From positions 15,823 to 79,822 of the forward strand of contig JAYONB010000008.1 of the NCBI GenBank assembly GCA_038121105.1: a stretch of 64,000 nucleotides of DNA. The letters are read 5' to 3'. This DNA is from Alphaproteobacteria bacterium. GTDB lineage: Bacteria > Pseudomonadota > Alphaproteobacteria > SHVP01. A program made the translations under genes and the position numbers. The notes under the pieces are model-generated. The model was not told the DNA's origin. It made no database searches and worked only from the letters and a program-made list of their open reading frames with translations. The stretch's first letter is position 1. Each line of letters opens with the position of its first letter. This document shows positions 7,409 to 16,672 of the stretch, one piece after another.

Positions 7409-10400
7409 GCTATGCCGAACTGCAGGTAACGAGCAACTTTAGCTTCTTACGCGGCGCATCCCATGCCGAAGAGTTGGTCGGTCAGGCGGTTGCGCTAGGA
7501 CTATCGGCGCTCGCCGTGACAGACCGGAACTCCGTTGCTGGTGTTGTCCGCGCCCATCGCGCGGCAAAAGACGCCGGCCTTCAACTGGTTGTTGGCGCGC
7601 GGCTCGATTTTCAAGACGAAACCAGCATTCTTTGTTACCCGACAACACGGGCGGCATATGGCCGGCTGACTCGCCTTCTGACGCTCGGCAAGCGGCGGGC
7701 GCCAAAAGGAGAGTGCTGGATCACCCAAGAAGATTTCTTTGCCTATGCCGAAGGCATGTTGGCGGTTGTTTTGCCGTTTGCCCATCTAGACGACCCCCAC
7801 GCGCCGTTGGCGGAGGCCTCGCTTGCCTTGGATGCGCCTTTTGCGCAGCACCTATTGCGGATCAAAGAGAATCTGCCGGGAAGAACCTATTTAGCCGCCA
7901 GTTTTCTTTACCGCGGCGACGACAAAGTTCGCCTGCGTCTGCTGGCATCGCTCGCTCGGTCGTGCGGCACGCCGTTAGTGGCGACGAACGATGTTTACTA
8001 TCACGAACCCGCCCGGCGCCCTCTCCAAGACGTTCTGACCTGCATTCGCGAGCATTGTTCCATCGATGAGGCCGGTTATCGGCTCTTCGGAAATGCCGAG
8101 CGTCATGTCAAGTCTCCTCAAGAAATGCTGCGGTTGTTCGGTGATTGCCCCGAAGCGGTCTATCGAACGCAGGAAATAGTGCAGCTATGCACCTTTAGCC
8201 TCGACGAACTGCGCTACGAATACCCGACGGAAACAGTGCCCGGCGGAGGGTCGCCACAAGCTGAATTGGTGCGGCTGACGTGGCTTGGGGCAAAGCGAAG
8301 CTATGCCGACGAGATTCCTGAGAAGATCCGGAGCGCTCTTCAACATGAACTCGACCTAATCGATGAACTTGGCTTCGCGCCGTATTTCTTGACCGTTTAC
8401 GACATCGTTCGGTTCGCGAATAGTCGAAAAATCCTATGTCAGGGACGCGGGTCGGCCGCCAACTCGATTGTTTGCTACTGCCTTGGCATTACCGGCGTAG
8501 ATCCCGAGAAAGTCGCGTTGTTGTTCGAACGGTTCATTTCTGCCGAACGAAACGAACCCCCCGATATCGATGTCGATTTCGAACACGAACGCCGTGAAGA
8601 GGTCATCCAATACATCTACCAAAAATACGGACGTCACCGGGCGGGTATGACCGCCACCTACATCAGCTACCGCTGGCGTAGCGCCATTCGCGAGGTCACA
8701 AAGGCTTTGGGCTTGTCCGAAGATGTCGGCGGCGCTTTGGCCGGATACACCTGGGGTTCGGGCAAGTCAGGGGTCAACGATGACCAGGTGAGGGAGCTTG
8801 GACTTGATCCCGATGATCGCCGATTGCACCAAGCCCTAATTTTGGCGCGCACCCTTATTGGGTTTCCGCGCCACTTGTCCCAGCATCCCGGCGGTTTCGT
8901 CATCACGCGCGGGCCCCTGTCGGAGGTCGTGCCTATTGCCAATGCGGCAATGGATGATCGCACGATGATCGAATGGGATAAGGACGATATCGATGCCCTG
9001 GGTATCTTGAAAATCGATGTCCTGGGGCTCGGCATGCTGACCTGTATCCGCAAGTCGCTCGACCTTTTATCGGCCCATTACGGGGTCGATCACACGATCC
9101 GGTCCGTACCTACGGAAGATCCCGTCGTTTACGACATGCTGTGTAAAGGCGACACGATTGGCGTCTTCCAGATCGAAAGTCGTGCGCAAATGACCATGCT
9201 GCCGCGACTTCGTCCTCGATCGTATTACGATCTCGTGGTCGAAGTGGCGATCGTCCGGCCCGGGCCCATCCAGGGAGATATGGTCCATCCTTATCTGCGA
9301 CGGCGTAACGGTGAGGAAAAAATTACTTATCCCTCAGAAGAGTTGCGCGAGGTACTGCACAAGACGTTCGGGGTGCCGTTGTTCCAAGAACAAGCGATGC
9401 AGATTGCCATCGTTGGCGCCAAGTTTACGCCTAGCGAGGCGGACGGCCTACGCCGCGCGATGGCAACATTTCGCCATGCCGGCACGATCCACAATTACAA
9501 AATGCGATTTATCGATGGCATGGTCGGGCAGGGCTACGAACGTGAATTCGCCGAACGTTGCTTCCAACAAATCGAAGGATTTGGCGAGTATGGGTTTCCC
9601 GAGTCGCATGCCGCATCGTTTGCCCTGCTTGTCTACGTGTCGTCTTGGCTCAAGTGCTACTACCCGGCTGTATTCGCTTGTGGCCTCCTGAATAGCCAGC
9701 CGATGGGCTTTTACGCCCCGGCGCAAATCATCAGAGATGCGCGCGACCATGGGGCGACGGTTCTGCCAGTTGATATCAACCATAGCGAATGGAACTGCAC
9801 GTTAGAGCCGATAGAAGACGATCAACGAGCGCTTCGATTGGGTTTCCGGCAGATCAAAGGGTTCCGAGAGGAGAGCGCCGAAAAGATCTGTCAGGCACGT
9901 GAAACCCACGCGTTTCACGATGTCTACGATCTTTGGCGACGAACTGGCCTACGGGTCGACGCCGTTGAGAAACTAGCGGATGCCGATTCCTTTGGCTCTA
10001 TAGGCGTAAAGCGTCGCCAGGCTCTATGGGCGGTGAAGGGTCTGCACGACTCATACCTGCCGCTTTTTGCGGCTGCGGAACAGGCGCTGAGCGATACCGC
10101 ACTAAAGCAGGGCAAGAACGTTCGACCGGTTGAGTTAATGAAGGAACCTGAGATCGCTCTTACCGACATGACGATCGGCGAGGAGGTTATATGCGACTAC
10201 TCCACCCTTCGGCTTACGCTTAAGGCTCATCCGGTAGCGCTGCTGCGGGGCAGCTTCCGGAAGAACTACATACAAGCTGCAGATTTGCTCAAACATAAGA
10301 CGGGGGATTGGGTCGATGTGGTCGGGTTGGCAATTTGTCGTCAGCGACCCGGCACGGCGAGTGGGGTGATCTTCATGACCCTCGAAGATGAAACCGGCGT

Positions 10401-10776
10401 TGCCAATATTGTTGTATGGCCAAAGATGTTTGAGCGGTTCCGAAAACAGGTGCTGCGTTCGCGGCTCCTTGGCGTAAGCGGACGGGTAGAGCGAGAAGGG
10501 TTGGTGGTTCATGTCATCGCATCAGATGTCGTGGACCTTTCCTCATCGCTGATTTCCTTGGCGGACCACCGATTGCCTCCCTATGAGCGCCGCAGTGTCG
10601 AAGAGGGCCTCCCCGAGGCGCTAGAGCGCGCTGCGCCGGCACAACCCTGGGGAACGGCAAACTGTGATTCGGTCAATCTAGAGGGGGTCTACGAGCGGGC
10701 CGATGAGATTCGTTACGGCCAAGCCGGCCGAAACCTTACCCCTCAGAAACTAATCCAGTCACGAGACTTTCACTAG
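7405..10776 (+). CDS. dnaE2: error-prone DNA polymerase III alpha-subunit paralogue DnaE2
   Basis: (M)SYAELQVTSNFSFLRGAS PHP-domain start, GSAANS, DIDVDFE, and a C-terminal OB fold; 1123 aa; position after imuB. Confidence 0.95.
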   Translation: MSYAELQVTSNFSFLRGASHAEELVGQAVALGLSALAVTDRNSVAGVVRAHRAAKDAGLQLVVGARLDFQDETSILCYPTTRAAYGRLTRLLTLGKRRAPKGECWITQEDFFAYAEGMLAVVLPFAHLDDPHAPLAEASLALDAPFAQHLLRIKENLPGRTYLAASFLYRGDDKVRLRLLASLARSCGTPLVATNDVYYHEPARRPLQDVLTCIREHCSIDEAGYRLFGNAERHVKSPQEMLRLFGDCPEAVYRTQEIVQLCTFSLDELRYEYPTETVPGGGSPQAELVRLTWLGAKRSYADEIPEKIRSALQHELDLIDELGFAPYFLTVYDIVRFANSRKILCQGRGSAANSIVCYCLGITGVDPEKVALLFERFISAERNEPPDIDVDFEHERREEVIQYIYQKYGRHRAGMTATYISYRWRSAIREVTKALGLSEDVGGALAGYTWGSGKSGVNDDQVRELGLDPDDRRLHQALILARTLIGFPRHLSQHPGGFVITRGPLSEVVPIANAAMDDRTMIEWDKDDIDALGILKIDVLGLGMLTCIRKSLDLLSAHYGVDHTIRSVPTEDPVVYDMLCKGDTIGVFQIESRAQMTMLPRLRPRSYYDLVVEVAIVRPGPIQGDMVHPYLRRRNGEEKITYPSEELREVLHKTFGVPLFQEQAMQIAIVGAKFTPSEADGLRRAMATFRHAGTIHNYKMRFIDGMVGQGYEREFAERCFQQIEGFGEYGFPESHAASFALLVYVSSWLKCYYPAVFACGLLNSQPMGFYAPAQIIRDARDHGATVLPVDINHSEWNCTLEPIEDDQRALRLGFRQIKGFREESAEKICQARETHAFHDVYDLWRRTGLRVDAVEKLADADSFGSIGVKRRQALWAVKGLHDSYLPLFAAAEQALSDTALKQGKNVRPVELMKEPEIALTDMTIGEEVICDYSTLRLTLKAHPVALLRGSFRKNYIQAADLLKHKTGDWVDVVGLAICRQRPGTASGVIFMTLEDETGVANIVVWPKMFERFRKQVLRSRLLGVSGRVEREGLVVHVIASDVVDLSSSLISLADHRLPPYERRSVEEGLPEALERAAPAQPWGTANCDSVNLEGVYERADEIRYGQAGRNLTPQKLIQSRDFH

Positions 10777-11685
10777 CTAGTCGTCGTAAGGCACCGGCGT
10801 GAGATAGCGCGCATCGCGATGTAGGGCGAGATAGCTTTCATCCAACCGCTGCGTGAACGGGCCAGGCGCGCCATTTCCAAGAGTGCGCGATTCGATTCGG
10901 GTTACCGGCATGATTCCTCCCGCCGTCGACGTGATAAACACCTCATCGGCTTCCAGGAACCGAGCTGCCGATATGTCGGTTTCCTCACACGGAATATCCA
11001 ACGCCGCACACAACTCGATCGCGGTTCGCCGGGTAATGCCGTCCAAAACGCCATGCGCAGGGGTCAATACCGTCCCGTTCTCGACGCAAAACACATTGAA
11101 TCCCGGACCCTCGGTCAGATTGTTGTCCAAGCCGAGCAAAACAACGTTGTCGGCGCCTCGATCCTGAGCCTCGAATAAACCTTCGGTCAGGTCGTGCCAG
11201 TGGTAGTTTTTTATCGTCGGATCGACGGACTTTGGCGAGATTCGCCGCGGCGTTCCTATGACAAGATGAAGGCCGCGGCGCTTGGCTTCGGCATCCGCAT
11301 ATGGGACGAATGGCGCCGCGAAAGCGAAGAACCGGTTCACGGCGTCACGGGGGTTGCGGGTGCTAACCGGCGGCTCGCCTCGGGTGCATATCGCTTCGAC
11401 ATAGGCGTCCCGCAGGCCGCTCTTACGAACGCAGTCGACTAATACGTCCGCGACTGCCTCCCGCGACAGCGGACAGCTCATTCGCAATCGTTCGACGTTC
11501 CTGAAAAACCGATCGAGATGTTGGTCAAGTCGAAAGAACGCGCCATTCCAAACATGGATGACATCGTAGGTGGCATCCGATCTCAAAAAACCGAAATCCC
11601 GAATGGGAATGCCTGCTTCTCCAATGGGAACAAAGTTGCCACCGACATGGGCGCATCCGGCGGCGAAGGGGTTGTCTTTATTCAA
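10777..11685 (-). CDS. class IV (branched-chain/D-amino-acid) aminotransferase
   Basis: IPIRDFGFLRSDATYDVIHVWNG..., ...NYHWHDLT..., ...EGPGFNVF.... There is no in-frame ATG downstream of the VWA gene stop, so I chose the TTG at 11685, which overlaps that stop (TTGA) and gives 302 aa. The 402-aa track ORF is over-extended. Confidence 0.7.
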   Translation of the reverse strand: MNKDNPFAAGCAHVGGNFVPIGEAGIPIRDFGFLRSDATYDVIHVWNGAFFRLDQHLDRFFRNVERLRMSCPLSREAVADVLVDCVRKSGLRDAYVEAICTRGEPPVSTRNPRDAVNRFFAFAAPFVPYADAEAKRRGLHLVIGTPRRISPKSVDPTIKNYHWHDLTEGLFEAQDRGADNVVLLGLDNNLTEGPGFNVFCVENGTVLTPAHGVLDGITRRTAIELCAALDIPCEETDISAARFLEADEVFITSTAGGIMPVTRIESRTLGNGAPGPFTQRLDESYLALHRDARYLTPVPYDD

Positions 11686-12866
11686 TGGCTTAGCTCTTTC
11701 ATTGCGCGGTCCAGGCCGTCTAGCGTTAGAGGATACATTCGGTTGGCCATGACTTCGCGCATCAGCCCGATTGATGGCGTATAGCGCCAGTGATCCTCGC
11801 GAACCGGATTGAGCCAAACGGCGTGCGGGAAAGTCTCCAGGGTGCGTTGCATCCATGCCGTGCCTGGCTCTTCGTTCCAGTGCTCGACACTGCCCCCTGG
11901 ATAGGTGATCTCGTAGGGGCTCATGCTCGCATCCCCCACAAAAACAACGCGGTAGTCGGACCCGTAGGTACGGAGCAGGTCCCAAACGCTCAGCGATTCT
12001 TGGTCACGTCGGCGATTGTCGCGCCACACGCGCTCGTACAGGCAGTTGTGGAAGTAATAGTACTCAAGATGCTTGAACTCGCTCCGCGCGGCGGAAAACA
12101 GCTCCTCGCACACCCGTATCCAATCATCCATGGAGCCGCCGACATCGAGGAGCAAGAGCACTTTCACGGTATTGCGACGCTCGGGCACCATTTTGAGGTC
12201 GAGAAATCCTGCATTGCGTGCCGTAGACCGAATCGTATCGGGAAGGTCCAGCGTTTCAGGCGCACCCTCACGAGCAAACCGCCGCAAACGGCGCAAAGCG
12301 ACTTTGATGTTTCGGGTGCCGATCTCGACGCTGTCGTCGAGATTCCGGAACGTTCTCTTATCCCATACTTTCACGGCGCGGCGATGACGCGATCGATCCT
12401 GCCCAATCCGCACACCTTCCGGATTGTAACCGTAGGCGCCAAAGGGAGAGGTGCCTGCGGTGCCGATCCATTTACTCCCGCCCTGGTGGCGGCCCTCTTG
12501 TTCGTCCAGCCGTTTGCGAAGCGTCTCCATGAGTTTGTCCCAGCCGCCCAAAGCCTCGACCTCGCGCTTTTCCTCTTCGGTGAGGTATCGCTCCGTCATC
12601 TTGCGCAGCCACTCGTCGGGGATTTCGGCGGTCACGGCGTGATCGTCTTCGGCTTTTTCAAGCCCTTTGAAGACGTGGCCAAAGACCTGATCGAAGCGAT
12701 CGAGATGGCGTTCGTCTTTGACCAGGGCGGAACGGGCCAAAAAATAGAACTGGTTCACGTCCAGGGCGGCGATGCCCTCGTCGACCGCCTCGATCAAGGT
12801 GAGGTACTCTTTGATTGAGACCGGTACTTTGGCTGCGCGCAATTCCAGAAATAGGTTCGTGAACAT
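11682..12866 (-). CDS. VWA domain protein, CoxE-like
   Basis: The N-terminal MFTNLFLELRAAKVPVSIKEYLTLIEAV is typical of CoxE-like VWA proteins. MIDAS-region LLLLDVGGSMDD; 394 aa. Confidence 0.8.
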   Translation of the reverse strand: MFTNLFLELRAAKVPVSIKEYLTLIEAVDEGIAALDVNQFYFLARSALVKDERHLDRFDQVFGHVFKGLEKAEDDHAVTAEIPDEWLRKMTERYLTEEEKREVEALGGWDKLMETLRKRLDEQEGRHQGGSKWIGTAGTSPFGAYGYNPEGVRIGQDRSRHRRAVKVWDKRTFRNLDDSVEIGTRNIKVALRRLRRFAREGAPETLDLPDTIRSTARNAGFLDLKMVPERRNTVKVLLLLDVGGSMDDWIRVCEELFSAARSEFKHLEYYYFHNCLYERVWRDNRRRDQESLSVWDLLRTYGSDYRVVFVGDASMSPYEITYPGGSVEHWNEEPGTAWMQRTLETFPHAVWLNPVREDHWRYTPSIGLMREVMANRMYPLTLDGLDRAMKELSH

Positions 12867-12874
12867 CTCCGGGC

Positions 12875-13714
12875 TTAGCCTCGGCGCTGCAAGAACGCCA
12901 ACCGTTCAAAGAGGTGCAGGTCTTGCTCGTGCTTTAGAAGCGCGCCGTACAGCGGTGGGATCGCCGTGCGACCGTCCTCCGACCGCAATGTTTCGGGCGG
13001 AATGTCTTCGGCAACCAAGAGTTTCAACCAGTCCAGCAATTCCGATGTGGAAGGCCGCTTCTTGAGTCCGGGGACCTCACGCAGTTCGTAAAACGCGGTG
13101 AGCGCCTCGCGAATCAGACGCTTTTGAATGTCCGGGAAATGAACGTCGACGATCGCCGTCATCGTTTCGGTGTCGGGAAACTGGATGTAATGGAAGAAGC
13201 ACCTGCGCAAGAAGGCGTCCGGCAGTTCTTTTTCGTTATTCGACGTGATGATAACGATCGGCCGATTGACCGCTTTTACTGTCTCTTGCGTTTCGTAGAC
13301 GTGAAATTCCATGCGATCCAACTCAAGCAAAAGATCGTTTGGAAATTCGATGTCTGCTTTATCGATTTCGTCAATCAACAAAACCGGCGTTTCGTCGGCC
13401 ACAAACGAGTCCCAAAGCTTGCCTCTCTTGATGTAGTTGGCGATGTCCTTGACGCGATCCTCGCCCAGTTGCGAATCGCGCAGGCGAGCTACTGCGTCAT
13501 ACTCATAAAGGCCATGCTGAGCCTTCGTGGTGGATTTGACGTGCCACTCGATCAATTCTTTGTCGAGGGCCCTCGCAATCTCTGCGGCCAGGACGGTCTT
13601 GCCGGTGCCGGGTTCGCCTTTGATCAAAAGCGGTCGCTTGAGGGCGATGGCGGCGTTGACCGCCATCAGAAGGTCGTCCGTTGCGACGTAGCTGTCGGTT
13701 CCCTGGAATCTCAT
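12875..13714 (-). CDS. MoxR/AAA_5-type AAA+ ATPase
   Basis: Walker A GEPGTGKT and Walker B LLIDEIDKA; 279 aa. It lies 8 nt upstream of the VWA gene. Confidence 0.85.
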   Translation of the reverse strand: MRFQGTDSYVATDDLLMAVNAAIALKRPLLIKGEPGTGKTVLAAEIARALDKELIEWHVKSTTKAQHGLYEYDAVARLRDSQLGEDRVKDIANYIKRGKLWDSFVADETPVLLIDEIDKADIEFPNDLLLELDRMEFHVYETQETVKAVNRPIVIITSNNEKELPDAFLRRCFFHYIQFPDTETMTAIVDVHFPDIQKRLIREALTAFYELREVPGLKKRPSTSELLDWLKLLVAEDIPPETLRSEDGRTAIPPLYGALLKHEQDLHLFERLAFLQRRG

Positions 13715-13785
13715 AAATGCTGCCGATAGTGTGGGTTCGGGCGATGACCGTACGTAGTCGATGACAAAGGTTCAAGAATACGAGG

Positions 13786-14376
13786 ATGGACGAGGATTTA
13801 GAGGCCCTGTCTACGGCTGTGCGGTCGTGTCGGCTCTGCGCGGATCACCTCCCATTAGGACCGCGCCCGGTATTGCGACCGTCGTCCTCTGCGCGCCTGC
13901 TCATTGCGGACCAGGCGCCAGGGACCAAGGTTCACCAAAGCGGTACGCCCTGGAATGATGCCAGCGGCAACCGGCTGCGTGAGTGGCTGGACCTCCCCAA
14001 ATCCGTCTTCTACGACGACACCAAGGTAGCCATCATTCCTCAAGCTTTCTGCTATCCGGGAAAGGGGCCCAACGGAGACCTGCCACCGCCGCCAATATGC
14101 CAAAAGACTTGGCATCCTAAGCTTCATGCTGCGATGCCACAGATCGAGACCTATGTCCTGGCAGGGCGTTATGCGCAGGCCTACCACCTTGCCGACCGCC
14201 GGAAACGGACGCTCGGCGAAACGGTCGCGGTTTGGCGGGAGTTTGCGCCACTGTATTTTCCGTTACCGCACCCATCCTGGCACAACAATCATTGGCTCAA
14301 GGCCAATCCCTGGTTTGAGCGCGACCTTGTGCCGGTGTTGCGGGATCGGGTTCGAAATCTTCTGGATCTGCCATGA
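13786..14376 (+). CDS. uracil-DNA glycosylase superfamily protein
   Basis: Motif-A-like LLIADQAPGTK and motif-B-like LPHPSWHN; 196 aa. Confidence 0.65.
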   Translation: MDEDLEALSTAVRSCRLCADHLPLGPRPVLRPSSSARLLIADQAPGTKVHQSGTPWNDASGNRLREWLDLPKSVFYDDTKVAIIPQAFCYPGKGPNGDLPPPPICQKTWHPKLHAAMPQIETYVLAGRYAQAYHLADRRKRTLGETVAVWREFAPLYFPLPHPSWHNNHWLKANPWFERDLVPVLRDRVRNLLDLP

Positions 14377-15398
14377 CCATGATGCGCTGCCTTCTGCTCA
14401 TCGCACTGTGCGCGGTAGCCGCCTGCGCGACCCCCTATGTCCAAGTGGCGGATCAACAGGATGTTCCCCCAGGGCTTTTTCTAGATCCGCAGACCGGTGC
14501 AGGCTCGGTTCGCGTGTCGGATGGTGCGGAACTGCCGGTCCGAAGGTGGGCGTCCAAAGGGACGAGGCCGCCGCGTGCGGTGATCATCGGTCTGCACGGG
14601 TTCAACGACTACCTGAACACCTTCGATGCGGCGGGGCGGTGGTGGGCGGATCGAGGGATGACGACCTACGCGTTCGACCAACGCGGGTTCGGCGCCGCCC
14701 TCGAGCCCGGTTTTTGGCCCGGCCAAGAGCGGCTGGTCGCCGATCTCGAGTCCGTCGTTTCCGCCGTGCGCGACCAACACCCCGGCACACCAATATTTCT
14801 GCACGGAAACTCCATGGGGGGTGCCGTCGTTCTTCTGGCATTGGCGACACATGACCGTGGGAGTTCCCTGGCGACGGTAGCGGGGGCGAGCCTAACGGCG
14901 CCTGCGGTGTGGGGTGGCGCCGCAATGAACCCCTTCTATCGGCTTTCCGTTTGGATCGCCGCCCATACGGTGCCCGCCCGGCGAGTCACGGGTCGTGGGC
15001 TTGGTGTGCTGCCGTCGGACAACATTGAGATGCTTCGCGCGCTTGGCCGAGACCCCTTGGTGATTAAGGAGACCCGCATAGACTCGCTTTACGGCCTGGT
15101 CGGATTGATGGGGGCTGCGCAACGGGCCGCGGCGGAGGTGCGGGCGCCGCTCCTCGTCCTCTACGGGGCGAAAGACGGCATCATTCCGCGTCGACCGACG
15201 GCCCGAATGGCCTCCCGGCTGACACCGTCGACGCGTTTCGCGGTGTACGCCGCGGGTTACCACATGCTGCTGCGTGACTTGCAGGCGCAAGTCGTCTGGC
15301 GCGATGTCGCGGCGTGGATCGCCGATGCTACCGCGCCGCTACCCTCAGGCGCGGAAGTGCCCGGAACGAACTTGTTCGGCATGGAGGAACGCTCCTAA
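14373..15398 (+). CDS. alpha/beta hydrolase lipoprotein (lysophospholipase/monoglyceride-lipase-like)
   Basis: Lipoprotein signal MTMMRCLLLIALCAVAAC, HGFNDY, nucleophile elbow GNSMGG. The start overlaps the upstream stop (ATGA). Confidence 0.7.
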   Translation: MTMMRCLLLIALCAVAACATPYVQVADQQDVPPGLFLDPQTGAGSVRVSDGAELPVRRWASKGTRPPRAVIIGLHGFNDYLNTFDAAGRWWADRGMTTYAFDQRGFGAALEPGFWPGQERLVADLESVVSAVRDQHPGTPIFLHGNSMGGAVVLLALATHDRGSSLATVAGASLTAPAVWGGAAMNPFYRLSVWIAAHTVPARRVTGRGLGVLPSDNIEMLRALGRDPLVIKETRIDSLYGLVGLMGAAQRAAAEVRAPLLVLYGAKDGIIPRRPTARMASRLTPSTRFAVYAAGYHMLLRDLQAQVVWRDVAAWIADATAPLPSGAEVPGTNLFGMEERS

Positions 15399-16663
15399 CC
15401 CAATAGCGAGCGTCCCTTCTTGATGACGTCGTTGCCGAAACGGGCACGCACCCTATCAATGGCGTCTTCGGTCTCGTGTCGGCGGGTTGCGCCGAACAGA
15501 TCCTCGTGCGAGGCCTCATCTGCCTGCTCCAGGTCTTTGGTCGCGATCCCGATCAAGCGGAATTTTCGTCCGTCGGCTTCCTTGGATACCAAAGGCTTGG
15601 CGACATCGAAAAGGTCCGATCCGTAGTGGGTCGGCCGCGTCAGTTTTCGGCTGCGAGTGATCAAACGGAATCGAGACGTCTTCAGTTTGACGGTCAGCGT
15701 TCCGGCGACGAGATTTTTTTTCTTGAGTTGATCGCCGACCTTTTCGCACAACGGCCACAGTTTCTCGAGAAGTTCTTCAGCGCTCCGAATGTCGTTGCTG
15801 AAGGTTCGTTCCGAAGAGATGCTGCGCTGAGCCTCCCCACTCTGGACGGCGCGCCCATCTTGGCCAATCGCGAGGCGGGCAAGTCGTTTTCCGATGCTGC
15901 CGTAGCGCGCGATCAGTTCGCGTTCGGGGATGTCTCTAAGCTGACCGATGCGCATGACTCCATCGCGGTTCAAACGGCTTTCCAGAGATGGGCCTACCCC
16001 CCACAGCATCGAAACCGGCTTGTCGGTGAGGAATGGGATGGCGTCCGCCCGCCCAATGATGCTGAACCCCCGCGGCTTGTCGAGGTCCGAGGCGATTTTC
16101 GCGAGAGATTTGTTGTAGCTCAAGCCGACCGACGCGGTGATGCCGATTTCGTCCTCAATGCGTCGTATCAGTCGGACCAGAATGGCTGCGGGAAACTGAT
16201 TCCGAAGCACGCTCAAACCGGAGAGGTCGAGGAAGGCTTCGTCAATCGAGATCGGTTCGACTTTGGGGGTGGTTTCTTCCATCAGCCGGCGTACCTCGCG
16301 ACCCACGTCACGGTATTTGTTCATATTTGGTTTGACGATGGTGGCGTGTGGGCAGCGCTCTAGGGCGCGCCGCATCGGCATGGCGGATCGGATGCCGTAG
16401 CGGCGCGCGATGTAGCAACAGGCCATCACAACACCGCGTTCCTGTCCACCAACCAAAACCGGCTTCTGTGCGAGGGAAGGGTCATCGCGCTTTTCGACTG
16501 TTGCGTAGAACGCATCGCAGTCGAGATGCGCAACCGCGAGGTCGGAGAGTTCCGCGTGCTCGATAATCCGTGGCGAATCGCAGTGTGGACAACGCCTTTC
16601 AATCGGTGGCGTGGGGAAATCGTGTCCGCAGTCGCGACAAAGGGCGAGGTTATCCGCGGTCAC
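15395..16663 (-). CDS. dinB: DNA polymerase IV with N-terminal CxxC...CxxC zinc-ribbon extension
   Basis: LDCDAFYATVEKRDDP, ISIDEAFLDL, little-finger region; N-terminal CRDCGH...CPHCDSP. Confidence 0.9.
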   Translation of the reverse strand: MTADNLALCRDCGHDFPTPPIERRCPHCDSPRIIEHAELSDLAVAHLDCDAFYATVEKRDDPSLAQKPVLVGGQERGVVMACCYIARRYGIRSAMPMRRALERCPHATIVKPNMNKYRDVGREVRRLMEETTPKVEPISIDEAFLDLSGLSVLRNQFPAAILVRLIRRIEDEIGITASVGLSYNKSLAKIASDLDKPRGFSIIGRADAIPFLTDKPVSMLWGVGPSLESRLNRDGVMRIGQLRDIPERELIARYGSIGKRLARLAIGQDGRAVQSGEAQRSISSERTFSNDIRSAEELLEKLWPLCEKVGDQLKKKNLVAGTLTVKLKTSRFRLITRSRKLTRPTHYGSDLFDVAKPLVSKEADGRKFRLIGIATKDLEQADEASHEDLFGATRRHETEDAIDRVRARFGNDVIKKGRSLLG

Positions 16664-16672
16664 GGCAACAGC

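Noticed and set aside
10777-11985. A 402-aa version of the aminotransferase ORF. Similarly over-long track ORFs exist for nadE (30204), purB (to 42065), radC (to 44481), tauD-like (42512), glmS (21053), gor (24445), purC (to 40059), grxD (to 35737) and the isochorismatase gene (to 54856).
   Set aside because: The extra N-terminal stretches are Arg/Pro/Gly-rich, overlap neighbouring genes, and precede the conserved family N-termini. They are artefacts of taking the longest ORF in GC-rich DNA. I trimmed the starts and did not call these fusions or novel extensions.
15395-16663. N-terminal CxxC-x17-CxxC zinc-ribbon extension on DinB as a novelty.
   Set aside because: To my knowledge this extension is common in alphaproteobacterial Pol IV orthologues, so it is not unusual here.
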